Shown: positions 52,001 to 63,270 of the stretch, one piece after another
Layout of the letters: every line of letters begins with the position of its first letter
How positions within the stretch are numbered: the stretch's first letter is position 1
From: Tubiluchus corallicola
Lineage: Eukaryota > Animalia > Priapulida
Reading direction: 5' to 3'
Assembly: GCA_030141605.1 (NCBI GenBank)
Contig: JAQGDQ010000063.1
Span: forward strand, 124,001-188,000
Length of the DNA: 64,000 bases
Translations under genes and position numbers: made by a program
Notes under the pieces: model-generated
Seen by the model: only the letters and a program-made list of their open reading frames with translations
The model's database searches: none
What the model was told of the DNA's origin: nothing

Positions 52001-54149
52001 TAATTGGAACAGTTTAAAGCTAATTTGTAATTAGGTTTTATTATTTAGTAATCTGCATATGAGATGTCTATTTCATGTGATCAAAGAGATCATATGTTGT
52101 CAACTGGCAGCTAGTAATTACAACAATTAAAACTGCCAGTAAATCTGATATTTTTAGGGATGCTTCCTGTACGTTGGATGGCTCCAGAAAGTCTTCACGA
52201 TGGTTTATTTACTCCTGCTTCAGATGTTTGGAGTTACGGAGTCTACTTGTGGGAACTTGTTACCTTTTGCAGCTTCCCATATCAAGGTTTTTCTAATAAT
52301 GAAGTTCTTCAGTATGTAAAAGAAGGCGGATGTTTGGATGTTCCAAATGGAGTTGATTTACCCATGTATGTTTTTACATTTTTCTAAACACGTCATTTTA
52401 TTGCTGAATCCCGTTAATAACACACCGTATTTTTGCAACCATTGTCCATCATTGAATCGAATGATGTGTTGGAGTGGGGACATCGATAGTGAAAATCTTT
52501 GTGTTGTGCCCATAAGTTCCAGCTGGGCTAGACCAGTTACCACCTGCATAGTACAAATAGGCAGAAGGTTCATTTATTAGATGCTAGATAATTTTGACAT
52601 TGGCATTGCCTTATCACTATGTCACTTTAATCTATAGCTTTGGAATAAGCTTGAGATTTAAGGTTGTCAAGTGTAATAAATAAATACATAGAGGCCTTTG
52701 CCTGTAATATTTGTGTGGTCTTGGGTATGAGAAGGTCTTGACTTTTTTGGTTCAGCTACTTAAGTTGTCTTTCAAATTTTGTAGCTTGTGTTTGTTTATT
52801 TTGCATGTTTTAGTTTTATGTAAGATGCTGACTTGCGTGTTTTCAAGTTCATAATTTCCCAACTTAGGCTTTATCGAGAAGTATGACGTCTGTATTTTCA
52901 ACTGTGTTTGATATGTGTGCAACTCTTGCATCTAAATACCTGGTATCTTTTCTGGTTATCTGCCTCTTTTAACACATATTATTTAAATATTACAAACTTA
53001 CTATTTGTTGTTCTATTAAAGTGATTGTAGCAAAAAGTTTTCGGATATTTTCTTCAGGGCAAAGCTAATGCGAGCTTGTTGGGAGCGTGATCCAAAAGAT
53101 AGAATAACTGCCATGGAGATTGTGGAAATACTGGGTACGAATCCTGAGATGGTGAAACCTTATTTGGACCAACCTCTGGCTGCCGTTGAAATAGAAGGTA
53201 CACATGGCGATAGAAGAGCTTTTTTGTTGCATCTGATTAATAGTGTTTTGAATTAACACAAAACTGTGCATTTGTGGTTATTTATATACAATTTGTTTCA
53301 CATTCTCATACGCCTTTTGTCTCTATCGCATCAATGAGATCCTAGGATTAGCACAGTGTAAATGAAGCTCAAATAATGATAAGGATTACAAATAACAAAC
53401 TAAACTAACTGAATGAACTTTCACATATAAATTTTGAATTTTAAAACTGACTAAAGCTCAATGAAACTGAGTGAAATCGTTTATTTGTGCTTTGTTTATA
53501 GGTTCTTAGTCATAGGATCTCACTGATGATATAGACGGAAAGGCCTATCAGAGTGTGAAATAAACTGCATATAAATAACCACAAGTGTGCCGTTTTGCAT
53601 TATTTAAAACACGACAATAGAACATTTGTGATTAATGTTTGCTTTTTGGTAACAATAACAACCAGCATGACTAGTCTGTGCACACATTGAGTTCTACAAA
53701 TTTTATTTTGGTGCTTTTGCTTCGGTATGTGCAGCAGTAGAAGAATTTGTCTTAAATTTGACTGCATAGTTTTATGGTTTTCTCTTTTTTCAGGTACGGA
53801 CTCGCTAGAGATGCAGTTACCTGAACGTCAAGACAAAGTGCCTCCAATGTCAAATTTTCACGGTTTTCCAGGGCTCGGGCCATTTGTACGCTCATTCAGT
53901 ATGTCAGTGCCACAAAGGCTTAGAAATCAAAAAACTGAACATCATGGTACCATGGACAACCTGCATTTGCGAACCTTAAGCACGGGTCAAGATGGAAGAC
54001 CAGCACACTCTTGTGATGAAAGTGACCCGCTGCGTGAGCCAGAATCAGATAAAAGTGCTTTTGACCATCACAAACTTGGAACTGTGCGAGAAAGATTAGA
54101 CAGCGACTATTGGAGTGTTACATCCAAAGAAAGAAATACGAATGTTTAA
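27852..54149 (+). CDS. VKR: Venus kinase receptor (VFT ectodomain + TM + insulin-receptor-like tyrosine kinase), 22 coding exons, 1313 aa
   Basis: All exon phases are compatible and sum to 3942 nt. VFT motifs YLGGMFP, GPGCS, ISYSAEG, YPYFFRT, AYDTVW, FQGVSG; one TM; kinase motifs GEGAFG, VAVK, HRDVACRN, DFG, DYY, LPVRWM, SDVWSYG. Confidence 0.95.
29143..29575. other. Assembly gap (433 N) in the first intron of the VKR coding region
   Basis: Run of N. Confidence 1.
31028..31076. repeat. (CTG)n microsatellite, about 16 units
   Basis: Direct reading. Confidence 0.97.
31500..31592 (-). mobile_element. tRNA-derived SINE head
   Basis: Minus strand shows A-box-like ggttgagtggttaagg and B-box-like aattcgaatct; no intact cloverleaf. 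Confidence 0.55.
35600..35813 (+). CDS. VKR: VKR exon 2 ([11 protein letters not shown]...[13 protein letters not shown]...)
   Basis: ttttacag acceptor, open frame, AG|GTAGTT donor; this frame is missed by the ORF track. Confidence 0.88.
37168..37323 (+). CDS. VKR: VKR exon 3 (...MVNLEAW...[10 protein letters not shown])
   Basis: Canonical sites, phase 2/2. Confidence 0.9.
38442..38710 (+). CDS. VKR: VKR exon 4 (FGWF...DHWRAL...CATLL)
   Basis: Canonical sites. Confidence 0.9.
39054..39292 (+). CDS. VKR: VKR exon 5 (...RIAFPYC...YCDFE)
   Basis: Canonical sites. Confidence 0.9.
39831..40116 (+). CDS. VKR: VKR exon 6 ([17 protein letters not shown]...YLGGMFP; start of VFT)
   Basis: Canonical sites. 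Confidence 0.92.
40238..40399 (+). CDS. VKR: VKR exon 7 ([18 protein letters not shown]...DSQC)
   Basis: VFT motif; GTGAGT donor. Confidence 0.92.
41079..41229 (+). CDS. VKR: VKR exon 8 ([10 protein letters not shown]...SYSAEG...YPYFFRT)
   Basis: VFT ligand-binding motifs. Confidence 0.95.
42171..42351 (+). CDS. VKR: VKR exon 9 ([17 protein letters not shown])
   Basis: Canonical sites. Confidence 0.92.
43024..43119 (+). CDS. VKR: VKR exon 10 ([17 protein letters not shown]...MCEAFKK)
   Basis: ARIII motif; phase 0/0. Confidence 0.92.
43575..43790. repeat. Tandem repeat, 19-21-bp unit (actttcattgaactgttcct)
   Basis: About 10 copies. Confidence 0.93.
44952..45209 (+). CDS. VKR: VKR exon 11 ([10 protein letters not shown]...)
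   Basis: Canonical sites. Confidence 0.92.
46107..46234 (+). CDS. VKR: VKR exon 12 ([16 protein letters not shown])
   Basis: YDxVW motif. Confidence 0.92.
46709..46840 (+). CDS. VKR: VKR exon 13 ([12 protein letters not shown])
   Basis: FxGVSG motif. Confidence 0.92.
47772..47878 (+). CDS. VKR: VKR exon 14 ([14 protein letters not shown]; end of VFT)
   Basis: Canonical sites. Confidence 0.9.
48229..48367 (+). CDS. VKR: VKR exon 15, transmembrane helix ([28 protein letters not shown])
   Basis: Hydrophobic stretch plus basic stop-transfer residues. Confidence 0.92.
48580..48814 (+). CDS. VKR: VKR exon 16 (juxtamembrane, GEGAFG, VAVK)
   Basis: Kinase subdomains I-II; ends at a GC donor, AAG|GCAAGT. 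Confidence 0.93.
49088..49208 (+). CDS. VKR: VKR exon 17 ([26 protein letters not shown]...)
   Basis: Kinase subdomains III-V. Confidence 0.95.
50714..50867 (+). CDS. VKR: VKR exon 18 (GDLKKYLL...KYVHR)
   Basis: Kinase subdomains V-VIa; AAG acceptor. Confidence 0.93.
51519..51631 (+). CDS. VKR: VKR exon 19 (DVACRNCL...[19 protein letters not shown])
   Basis: Catalytic and activation loops. Confidence 0.95.
52158..52365 (+). CDS. VKR: VKR exon 20 ([11 protein letters not shown]...SDVWSYG...PYQG)
   Basis: Kinase subdomains VIII-X. Confidence 0.95.
53058..53197 (+). CDS. VKR: VKR exon 21 ([13 protein letters not shown])
   Basis: Kinase subdomain XI. Confidence 0.93.
53243..53612. mobile_element. 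Long-TIR foldback MITE in the last VKR intron
   Basis: About 110-bp imperfect inverted arms (ttgtggttatttatat..tttcaca..tgagatccta / taggatctca..tgtgaaa..atataaataaccacaa). Confidence 0.85.
53794..54149 (+). CDS. VKR: VKR terminal exon (C-tail ending ...[16 protein letters not shown])
   Basis: Strong polypyrimidine cag acceptor, phase 1, TAA ending at 54149. Confidence 0.88.
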
Positions 54150-56785
54150 TGTTTCTGAATTCTCTGTGTTATGGTATATAGGCATTTTGCCTGGTTTTTA
54201 AAGACCTGATTTGTGAGCAAGGTAAAGAGGTCCTGCATAACTTTTCCCTCTACGAAATGGTTTTTTATCATCAGAATTTCTAATTTTGTGATGAATGGGA
54301 CGTGTTGGTTATTTAGAATCCTAATTTATCCGGATGAATTTAGTCCAAAATATAAAGCATGTGGATTGGACTCACATATCAAACATACATGTGGGAACTG
54401 TGGGAACGATGAACGTCATCCTTTATAACAAAGACGGCAAGGAATTTGTGTTATCATTGAGTTACAAACTGCGGCAAGAATACGCTTAGGATGTTTCGCT
54501 AAAGTTCTGAAATAAATAAAACAGGATTGAAGACAGTCAGTTGTGTAATATATCAACTTGAATGGAACATGAGGTTGCTGTCCACTATGTTTTTAAATAA
54601 TAACCAGTACGTATTATTTATCTGTATTTTCGGAAGGTTAGCGCATGTTTTTATCTCAGGGTTTTGAGATCGTGACTATTTTAGCACTTTTACACCCAAG
54701 CAGCATCATTTTTCTGTCTATGTTAATCATGCGTGTACCTCATCACGTCTAGAAATTCTATTTAACATTACTGAGATTATGTTAATCTCATTTAGCTTAA
54801 ATGCACCCTGTATTGACAGTTAGGAACAAGATATTGCATGGTACGTGTAACAAAAAAGATATCTGACTGTTAATATTATCGTAGTCATCCGATTAGGAAA
54901 GTAGCTTTGAATTATTTTTGACAATTTTTTTAACTTGATGATAAAAAATGACAATATGCTGAGTCAATAGATGTATTTAAAACATGTTTCAGTTTATTCG
55001 GTAAACCACTCTCAACTGACTCAGCTGTAATAAAAGTAAATTCACATTAAAACTTTTTCTGCAACATTTTTTTTAATTTTTGTTTTGTCATGTAATTTTA
55101 ATTGTCAGGTCATGCGCCGACAGTAATATTCGTCGTTATCGTAATTGCTTGCAGTAGGTATACCTTTAACTAAAGGTTGGTCTTAAATGTAATTTTAACA
55201 GACTATTCTAATACTCATTCATAAATAGCATGTGTGTTTAAGTATAATAGATTTTTTTAGTGTTAATTTTATGCCACAATTGATTTTTGCTGTAATAAAG
55301 AGTTATATATGTTTGTATGTCACAGTGTGTGTTGTTTAATCAATGCAGGGTTACATTTGATGTTCGATGTAATTCCACTTTGTTTACTTACAGTAAAATA
55401 AAGTGAGCTTTGTATGTATTTATAAAATCACTAGGAGCGGTGTTTACTGTAAAACTAAATTGTGGTACAAGGTCTAGATATTAAATTTGCCAAGGAGTGT
55501 TTTATTTTTATATTATCTTGTCTGTACACATCTAATGACATTTTTCAGAGAATGGTAGTGTAGTTATTTTGTTATAAATTTAATCAAGTTCTCCTTAGTG
55601 GATCTGAGATTTACACAGTTGTTTTTTGTACATTGTATTTGTGCTTTCACATTCTGCGTCACTAGTGCAATATTTAGTTGTTTTTGACGTGTTATTTATT
55701 ATAGAGCACTAAATAAAAGGTTTTAGTTAGAACTTTCATTTTAATTATTGTCAGTTAGTTAACTTTTAGTAAGAGGAAGCACTTGATCACTTCTGATGTA
55801 AAAATTCCCATTATCTTCTTGTGGGTGGTAATGTGTGACCACGGTCGTATTTTTTTAAATTCCAATGCAGTTCTCAGCACATTTTATGGCTTCCGATTGT
55901 CCTAAACTCATAAAAGCAGTGATAACTGTTCCAATATTTTTATACAATAAATATGTTGTCTGGCATGCTGCAAGAAGAAATTGATATTTAGTGTTAAAAA
56001 TTTGGAATGTGCGCCATGTTTTTAGTTATCTTATTTTAATATGTATACTTGCTTTGAAATACGGCATTAACAAAACGTCACAACTTCATTGTATTAATAG
56101 CTCTTACATTTGATGCATTTTTTCACTTGATCGTGTATTATATAAATTCAATTGTGAATAATGACAATAATCTAAAAACTATTTTATTTAACATATTTAA
56201 AGTGTATAAAGCAAATCATTGCATTATGAGTGATGTTAATGTTAACAGGATAATCTTATAGAGATTTGTTAAAATGGAACCAGCCTAAAATTAATGGAGT
56301 GAAATTATTTATTGATTATTTACTCTGCAACTCTGTGGCAGAATATGTACAGATAATTCACTTCATTTAGTTTGTTAATATAAACAAGGTAATTATTGTG
56401 TTATGTTGATTTTTTTTAGTGTTTTTAGTAGTTGTTTTACAATCAAGGCTTTGTGCGTCAAGTATTTGCTTAGCAAACTCTTTATAATGGAGTAAACTTA
56501 GAACCCTTTACAAAGGTCTGAAAATGTTAATCAAATTATCAAAAATGTTTATTTTGTTAATCAAACGTTAATAGCCATTGTAATCTGAGTAACCTATCAC
56601 ACGTGACTTTAGTCAGTCCATCTAACTTTTACTTTTATCTTTTATATAATGAACCAAATGTAAAATGATATATTTCTCATTAAATTTATGCAGGTGGTGT
56701 GGGTATGTCTTGCATGTACAAATTATGGACAGTGTAAATAATATGTATAAATTGCCACTAGTTGTGCAATGATGTGGCATTTTTA

Positions 56786-56869
56786 AATAAAAATAAAAAG
56801 AAACAGTGATCTGTTTTAATATTTTGTTATGAAACTTTGTTCTAAAGCAATTGTCGTCAAGTCTTTATT
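56786..56869. terminator. Candidate opposed polyadenylation signals (AATAAA x2 on plus at 56786-56797; AATAAA on minus at 56864-56869)
   Basis: Hexamers read directly, lying between convergent genes; other AATAAA copies exist. Confidence 0.35.
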
Positions 56870-57605
56870 TAAGTTCTTGTTTCCTTGTTCCTTACATATC
56901 ACCTAAGGAGATAAATCACTTGAGCATTTTCTGCCAAGTTTGATTGTATCTTCATAATTGAAAGAGTTCATAAATCATCCATCTTTTATTCTGTAGCTGT
57001 TGTGCATGACTATAACAGAGTCCCTATAGCAACAAGTTAACAACGAAACTTCATGTTTAACGAAGAATTTATACTTATGACTATTTCGCATTTATATCAT
57101 TCACTCTATAGGAGGAGTAATTACAAGCATCATTTTATCAACAACTGGCATTTATTATGCTTGAGAGAAAAATTCACAGAGGACTCAAAAGGTTCCCCAT
57201 TCAAGCTCAAGCTCAGCTCCGATTTTTCAGCTTTCCTTTTTTGACCATACTTGGATTAAAAAATTAAAAAAATTACAGGTTTATTCTGTCTTAATAAAAA
57301 ATCTTACAACCATGATACTATATAACTTTAAAAATCCCTTATCACCGTCTCAAAATTGATTGCATTATCACAGGATTTACCAGTCCAAACTCATTCTAAA
57401 GAAAAATATCAGTATACAACATTTCAGTGTTTTCCGTAAATAACAAATTGTAATGAACTAAGCTGTTATGACCTTTATCTATACATGCCACTAAAATATG
57501 AGTTCACAATAAATAAAAACTATATAATTATGCAATAACAAGACAGATCGACAAAAACCTTAGTTGCTTTTCATGAGATAGTATTCCTATAAATGATTAG
57601 AATTG

Positions 57606-57728
57606 TTATGTTGCCGTTCCAACAGGTGACGATGAATGTTGATTTGTATTTGTCTTCCCCTTTCTCCAACTCAATCCTTTAACAATAGAATCTACTGCAT
57701 AGACTGTCATAGCCACATATCCAAAAAA
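57606..57728 (-). CDS. MARVEL gene terminal exon
   Basis: ttttcag acceptor, TAA stop. Confidence 0.87.
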   Translation of the reverse strand, partial: FFGYVAMTVYAVDSIVKGLSWRKGKTNTNQHSSSPVGTAT

Positions 57729-59353
57729 CTGAAAATGTAACATAAAAGTTAGTGTGATTTGTACTTCAAAACTGTTGAACGAACACAATAGTAAAAAATT
57801 GCACATCTCGGTTAATCCGACAAACACAACTTCAATTCAAAAAAACAAATTTTGTTTTTTAGGTTTCAGTTAGGCTTCTCATCCTTTATCTGAATGAACT
57901 GCATCATGACAGACATAATGACAAAAAAAATCAGCTACAGATTTCACATCTGTTTAGTTTAGACATAAATATATAAAACAAAGCACAGCTACTTACAGCA
58001 GAAGCTCCAAGAGCGGCCGAATAAAAAGCATTACTTGCCAGAATACATGAACAAACAAAGTAAAGAATACAAACAATGCCACAGTACGTCATCTCCTGCA
58101 AATACAAAAAAACTGAAAATCATATCATATGGATCACAAACATGGGCGGTCCATATGAACTATATGAAATACACATGGACCACACCTCACCAGTATTTAA
58201 ATTTAGAACAGATTTCACAAAACATACAGCCATAAGTTTCCACAATTAGTTTCACTATTAGGTGTTAATTTTATTATTGCATCACATATTTATTATGTCA
58301 GTAATATGTGATATTAGCTGTCAAACACTCAAAAGTTAATATGAGAAAATGCAAATTTTTGCTAAAATTGACAAAATTAATGGTGACAAATAAATTACCA
58401 TAGCAAACATTTATTGTAGTCAGTTTTATAATGTTCCAGAGCAACATATAATTGTATGGTTATTTTTTACATGAAGCAATAGTTTACACTCTTTCAGGGA
58501 TTATCAGGATAACCGCAGGAAACCTCAATTGCTTGGCAAAGTGAACTGCATGCTATAATCATGCCAGAGCTGTTTCGTGGGTGCAAATTCACTACTGTAG
58601 TAGCTGGAAAAATCCTTACCACACTGCTAGGTATAAGAAGTGGTGGAGCTTTTTCAATTTAATAAGAAATCATGTAAGATAAGATAAGATAAGAATTTAT
58701 TCTAACTATCTGTAATTGTTCATTATAATTTCATTTGGCTCAACATTAAAATATACACTACTATAAACAGAGGAAAAAACAGCATGTAGGCTACATATGA
58801 ACAAACATAATCAAAAAATGGGTGAAACAGTCATTGCTGATGGTTTATTAAACTTATCACATAAAACCTTTCATTCTTTATGTAGGCAGCGAAGAGACCC
58901 TTTAAACATAATATGTTTTTGAGAGTGTGAGGGGGTGTGTGGGAATCATGTCGATGTTAATAACACTGATGTTAAAAAAATGAGAGTGAAAAATGTTCCA
59001 GTTGGGCCTACTTCCATCTACTATAATTTATTACCAAGCATCAGAAACATATGTATTTCATTACAAGCAAAACCAGATCAAAAATGATAAAACAGTAACC
59101 AAAACAAAAATTTACTAGACTTCCATTTTTAGCAAAGAAAATTTTAACAAACTTCAGTTGACAAATAAGAAAACTAACTTACCAAGAAAGCCCATGGTAT
59201 GTGGAATGTATCAGGAATATGACAGAGATACAGGCACCCTAATAATGAAGTTAATACCAAAGCTGCTGCAGACAAGAAAAGGAAGAAATTTGCAGCTGGA
59301 AAGTGTGGATAATTTGCCACCTTACAGCAGATAAATGAAAGTATGTCCAGCAC
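57606..59353 (-). CDS. MARVEL-domain membrane protein (CMTM/CKLF-like or plasmolipin-like), 5'-partial. Exons: 59353-59183, 58095-57997, 57728-57606
   Basis: Three phase-0 GT-AG exons: VLDILSFICC...FFLFLSAAALVLTSLLGCLYL...IPWAFL / EMTYCGIVCILYFVCSCILA...ALGASA / FFGYVAMTVYAVD...*. The W-x3-E and FFG-x6-Y-x2-D patterns fit MARVEL. First exon not found in the window. Confidence 0.85.
57997..58095 (-). CDS. MARVEL gene internal exon (33 aa)
   Basis: tttgcag and GTAAGT sites. Confidence 0.87.
59183..59353 (-). CDS. MARVEL gene internal exon (57 aa)
   Basis: ttacag and GTAAGT sites. Confidence 0.87.
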
Positions 59354-60261
59354 CTGTAAGTAGAGAGTAAACAAGAGCTCAATAATCATAATTAAGCAAG
59401 AGAAATGACCCACTTTGAAGATTCAAATCCCTATATTTATAACTTGAAATAAAAATTCATATGAGGCTTGGAAAGATATAGCATGATGTCCACTACTTCC
59501 TGGCAACTGGCCTTTGATTAAAAAATACCTACAGTTAATTTTGACAACGAAAATCATTTTTACTGAAGCACAAACAAACGGAAAAAAGTTTATTTATTAT
59601 TGATATTAATTTTCTTAAAAGCAGCAACAGAGAAGCAAAATGAAAAATAATTTTGAGATACGGCCTACCTAAAATATGTACAATATATTATGCAACAAAA
59701 TGCTTTAGTTAAAAGCAACAATATAAAATGCATTTTTGCCACAACAGCATTTAATATTATCACATTTCATTGCGCCAAAACTTAAAAATGCAGGTCTAAA
59801 ATGTACCTTCTCTCATAACTCTTTTTGCAAAATCATGTTTAGGATATTTATTACTAATTTAAAATACACACCAGACACAACAAGAACACAAAGGAGAAAA
59901 AACAAATGAAGAGTGATTTTAGAACAGTGAATACCTGTACAAGCACAGTCGAGCCTCCCATATATTAATTCCTTAGGTATGCTTATTCACTTACCAACTG
60001 CACAATTTTTAAAATTCCTGAGAGGGTACAAATGCACTTCGGCGAAAAATAAATGCCTCTTTTTCCCCGCGTATCTGACATAATCTAAAAAAGAAAACAC
60101 TTCTTTTAATTTGTGTGATGTGATGTTGACTATTTCAAAACATAAGTTCGGAGAGATGACATACAGAAAAAAACCTCAGAAACACAAAGGAAAACTCAGA
60201 AAGCGCTGTGTGGTTCAGCTCATGATCACTGGATTGATGGTAGTTATAATATCTCATATAA

Positions 60262-60500
60262 TAGAGGAAAAGGATTTAGGGGTCCTAGTCAATAATCAGT
60301 TGGAATTTTCAGCACATATTGTACAGCAAGTTTGCAAAGGCAAACTCTATATTGGGACATATTTGTCAATCCTATACTTACTTGGATGCAGATTGTATGA
60401 AACACCTGTTTAATGCTTTGGTAAGACCACACTTAGAATATGCAGCATGCATTTGGAGACCTTGTGGTCCCTGGGAGATCAGTGGAAGATTGAAAACATT
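60262..60500 (+). mobile_element. CR1-clade LINE ORF2 fragment (frameshifted)
   Basis: EEKDLGVLVNNQLEFSAHI then KANSILG...ALVRPHLEYAACIWRP, classic CR1 post-RT motifs. Confidence 0.92.
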
Positions 60501-61367
60501 CTCTTGGACTTGATGACCACTGGGCTTTTGTTTACTACAACATCCATAACTAGGTTTGCTGTGTCAATGCTTCTGCCAATATGATATTTTCTTTACAATT
60601 GCAATATGTGAGTTAACCAGTCTAAATTTCCAAGAACGAACACTTTGTTACGGACTAATATGCTGATGAGATAGTAAAATGGTAAATAGTTTGTGAGGTT
60701 TCCAGCTTCAAAGATGCAGGAGTTTAATGATAATATCACTGAATGAGAAAAGGAAGAATGACAAAATGAGTGACAAAATCGCTTAATTAATAAGCAGATA
60801 TTCATTTGTCACTTTGTTTTTATAAAAAAGTTTAATCAGTCTTTTGTTGGAAAATACTGTCATGGAATAGTTGCTGCAGCATGTATATTATGTACATAGA
60901 ATCAATGCCTTGAAGCATTCGCTGCAGCATGTATATTATGTATATAGACTCAATGGGCACCTTGAAACAATGCAGAAGCTTTATCTTTGCTGAGCGTGAT
61001 ATTAGCGTGATCCACATATAACCGGAGCTTCTCTAGAACATACCATCATTGATTTGGTAATGTTATAATAATATTTTAATATTTTGAATGATGACACTAC
61101 ATTACGGTCAACTGAAATCTTTTCTGCACCTTCTCGTCAGCTTCTGTGTATTTACTAATGTAGTACACCTGATCATGTTTTTGTTCTGAATGTTCGATTT
61201 AATGTACAGAAATATAACTTCAGTCATTGTGTGATTAGTCCACAGCACAGTCTCCCAAGTTATGTGATAGCTTCAGAGAATATAAGTAAAATTAAAAGTA
61301 TAATGAGACGGGTGCACTCAGGTTATAGCATCAATATAACCCAGTTAACGGTATAGATTTAATGATA

Positions 61368-62305
61368 CTGTAGGCGCTGCTTAACAGACTTAATCGCTTA
61401 AATAATTCAAAAACACCTGGTATGGGCCGCTTCTATTCAAAGGTACATAAAACTGTCTGTAATTGACTCAATATTTTTGCTTCACATTCTTCAATAAGAC
61501 ACATTCGTGTGACTAATAAGCTTTTATGACTTTTGTATCACCTTAGTTTGCTTATGTTCTATAATACATAGAAACAATCATGTTAAGTACCGTATTGTTT
61601 GTAAGCATGTACGTTTATCATACGCTAATGATGCTAGCCTAATGATTTGCCTTGACCCGCCCGTCCACTGCAATGAACCTCGTTACCCAAAAATTCCTGA
61701 AAGCTAACCTTTGCTAATCATTTGCTTAGCAGTTTGTTTTTGAAGCTCTGGCTGCCTTGCCAGAAAGTTTAATCAATTAGATGTTGCTGTTATGCCAGAG
61801 ACGCAGGTACAGTACAGTAAGTACGTCACAATTATAGCAAGTGGGAGCTTAAGCGAAACTACAGATGAAGCTACTTGCGGGGAAACATGGACATCACTAA
61901 CAGCTTAAGCACGCCAAGCACTAAGTATTTTACGAGACTTTGTACATCATACAACAACAGATTTTCAATGTTTTTATCATTATGAGAAGTTTGTGAGCCA
62001 ACTTAGCGATAAAAAGAAGCAGCCGACTTTGAAGGAACTTTCGTAATTTTTGCAAATAAACAGACTTGTGTGATTTAGAAAAGTATACTTTTTAATTTAT
62101 CGCTAATTCATTTATATAAATTAATATTTTATTTTTAATTGCACAAAGGAATTTAGGCATTACTTCGTTTCTAAAATTCATTAAAAAGCTTTGTAGTGCA
62201 TACTAAGCTGGTGACTTATACTTCTATATTAGTAATACTACACTCATCGGTTAATTGGGTAAAACACTTCGGCCCCAAAGTGAGTCTATTAAGCGGCGCC
62301 TACTG
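61368..62305 (+). mobile_element. Internally deleted pogo/Tigger-like DNA transposon
   Basis: TIR ctgtaggcgctgcttaa / ttaagcggcgcctactg with TA on both flanks; remnant QALSILRDF...KKKQPTLKELS* resembles a Tigger transposase C-terminus. Confidence 0.8.
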
Positions 62306-62639
62306 TATAAGCCTAAATTCAATCCATGAGCTTCGGCAAAGAAACATGAAATTACTGTGTGGCAGAAGACATCCCGCAAGTGCGAATATCTCACATAGCG
62401 TTAAGCCTTTGCTGCTTTACCTTTCATATAAATTCAAGAAGAATAGCCTCCTACGGTGCCACTCACAATTTCATACTAGGCAATGGTAATTATCTTAATT
62501 CTCCACGATTATTGTATAACAGGTAATAAAATAAAGCAATCTGCAATTTCTTTGAATCCAGTTACCAGTGTATGCAATGCTAAAAAGGGATATGAATACT
62601 TGGTGTTTACTCACGACTAACGTAGTTCACTTAAGTGTA

Positions 62640-63270
62640 AGTTTATTTATTTGCACTTTGTAATAACACAAATTTATTTACAACAAAAGACCAGTTGATA
62701 TTAATGCAACATTTTGAAAATTGTGATTTCGAAACACTAGGACATAAAAACCATATTAGTACAACCCACTCATCAAAATTAGACTATGAAGTGCTTTTTT
62801 TGAATAGTATCAGAGATGAAGCACTCACTGCTTCCAAGGGTAACGAATTCCAAATAGAAATGGTCCTGATAAAGAAGAAATTATGCCTCACATTTGAATT
62901 ACATCACGGTAAAGAAGAATTTGTGGGGATGGCCTCTTGTACAGTTAAAGTTTCCAGTAGAACTTGCAAAATCACAAAAAATACCGGTTAAGTTAAGATC
63001 GGTGCATACTATTTTGAAAACTTGTGAGCTAAATTACGCTTCCACACTAAATATTAACAACATGACAGATGTACTCTGTTGATTCACATTTGGTAATACA
63101 TGCAAGGTGTAACATATAATATTTTAAATTTACTAGAAGGGTGCAGTAGCATAGAACAACATCATAATATTGGAGAGTCCATAGAGGATCTGTCATATGC
63201 CCTCCATATTCAGCCATCATAATACTTCCATTACTACATCTGTTTCAGACATTGCATGGGCTGGCAAAAT
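62640..63270 (-). mobile_element. Decayed L2/CR1 LINE 3' end
   Basis: Minus strand IWNSLPLEAVSASSLILFKK motif, followed by an aataaataaa-like tail near 62642-62652. Confidence 0.7.
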
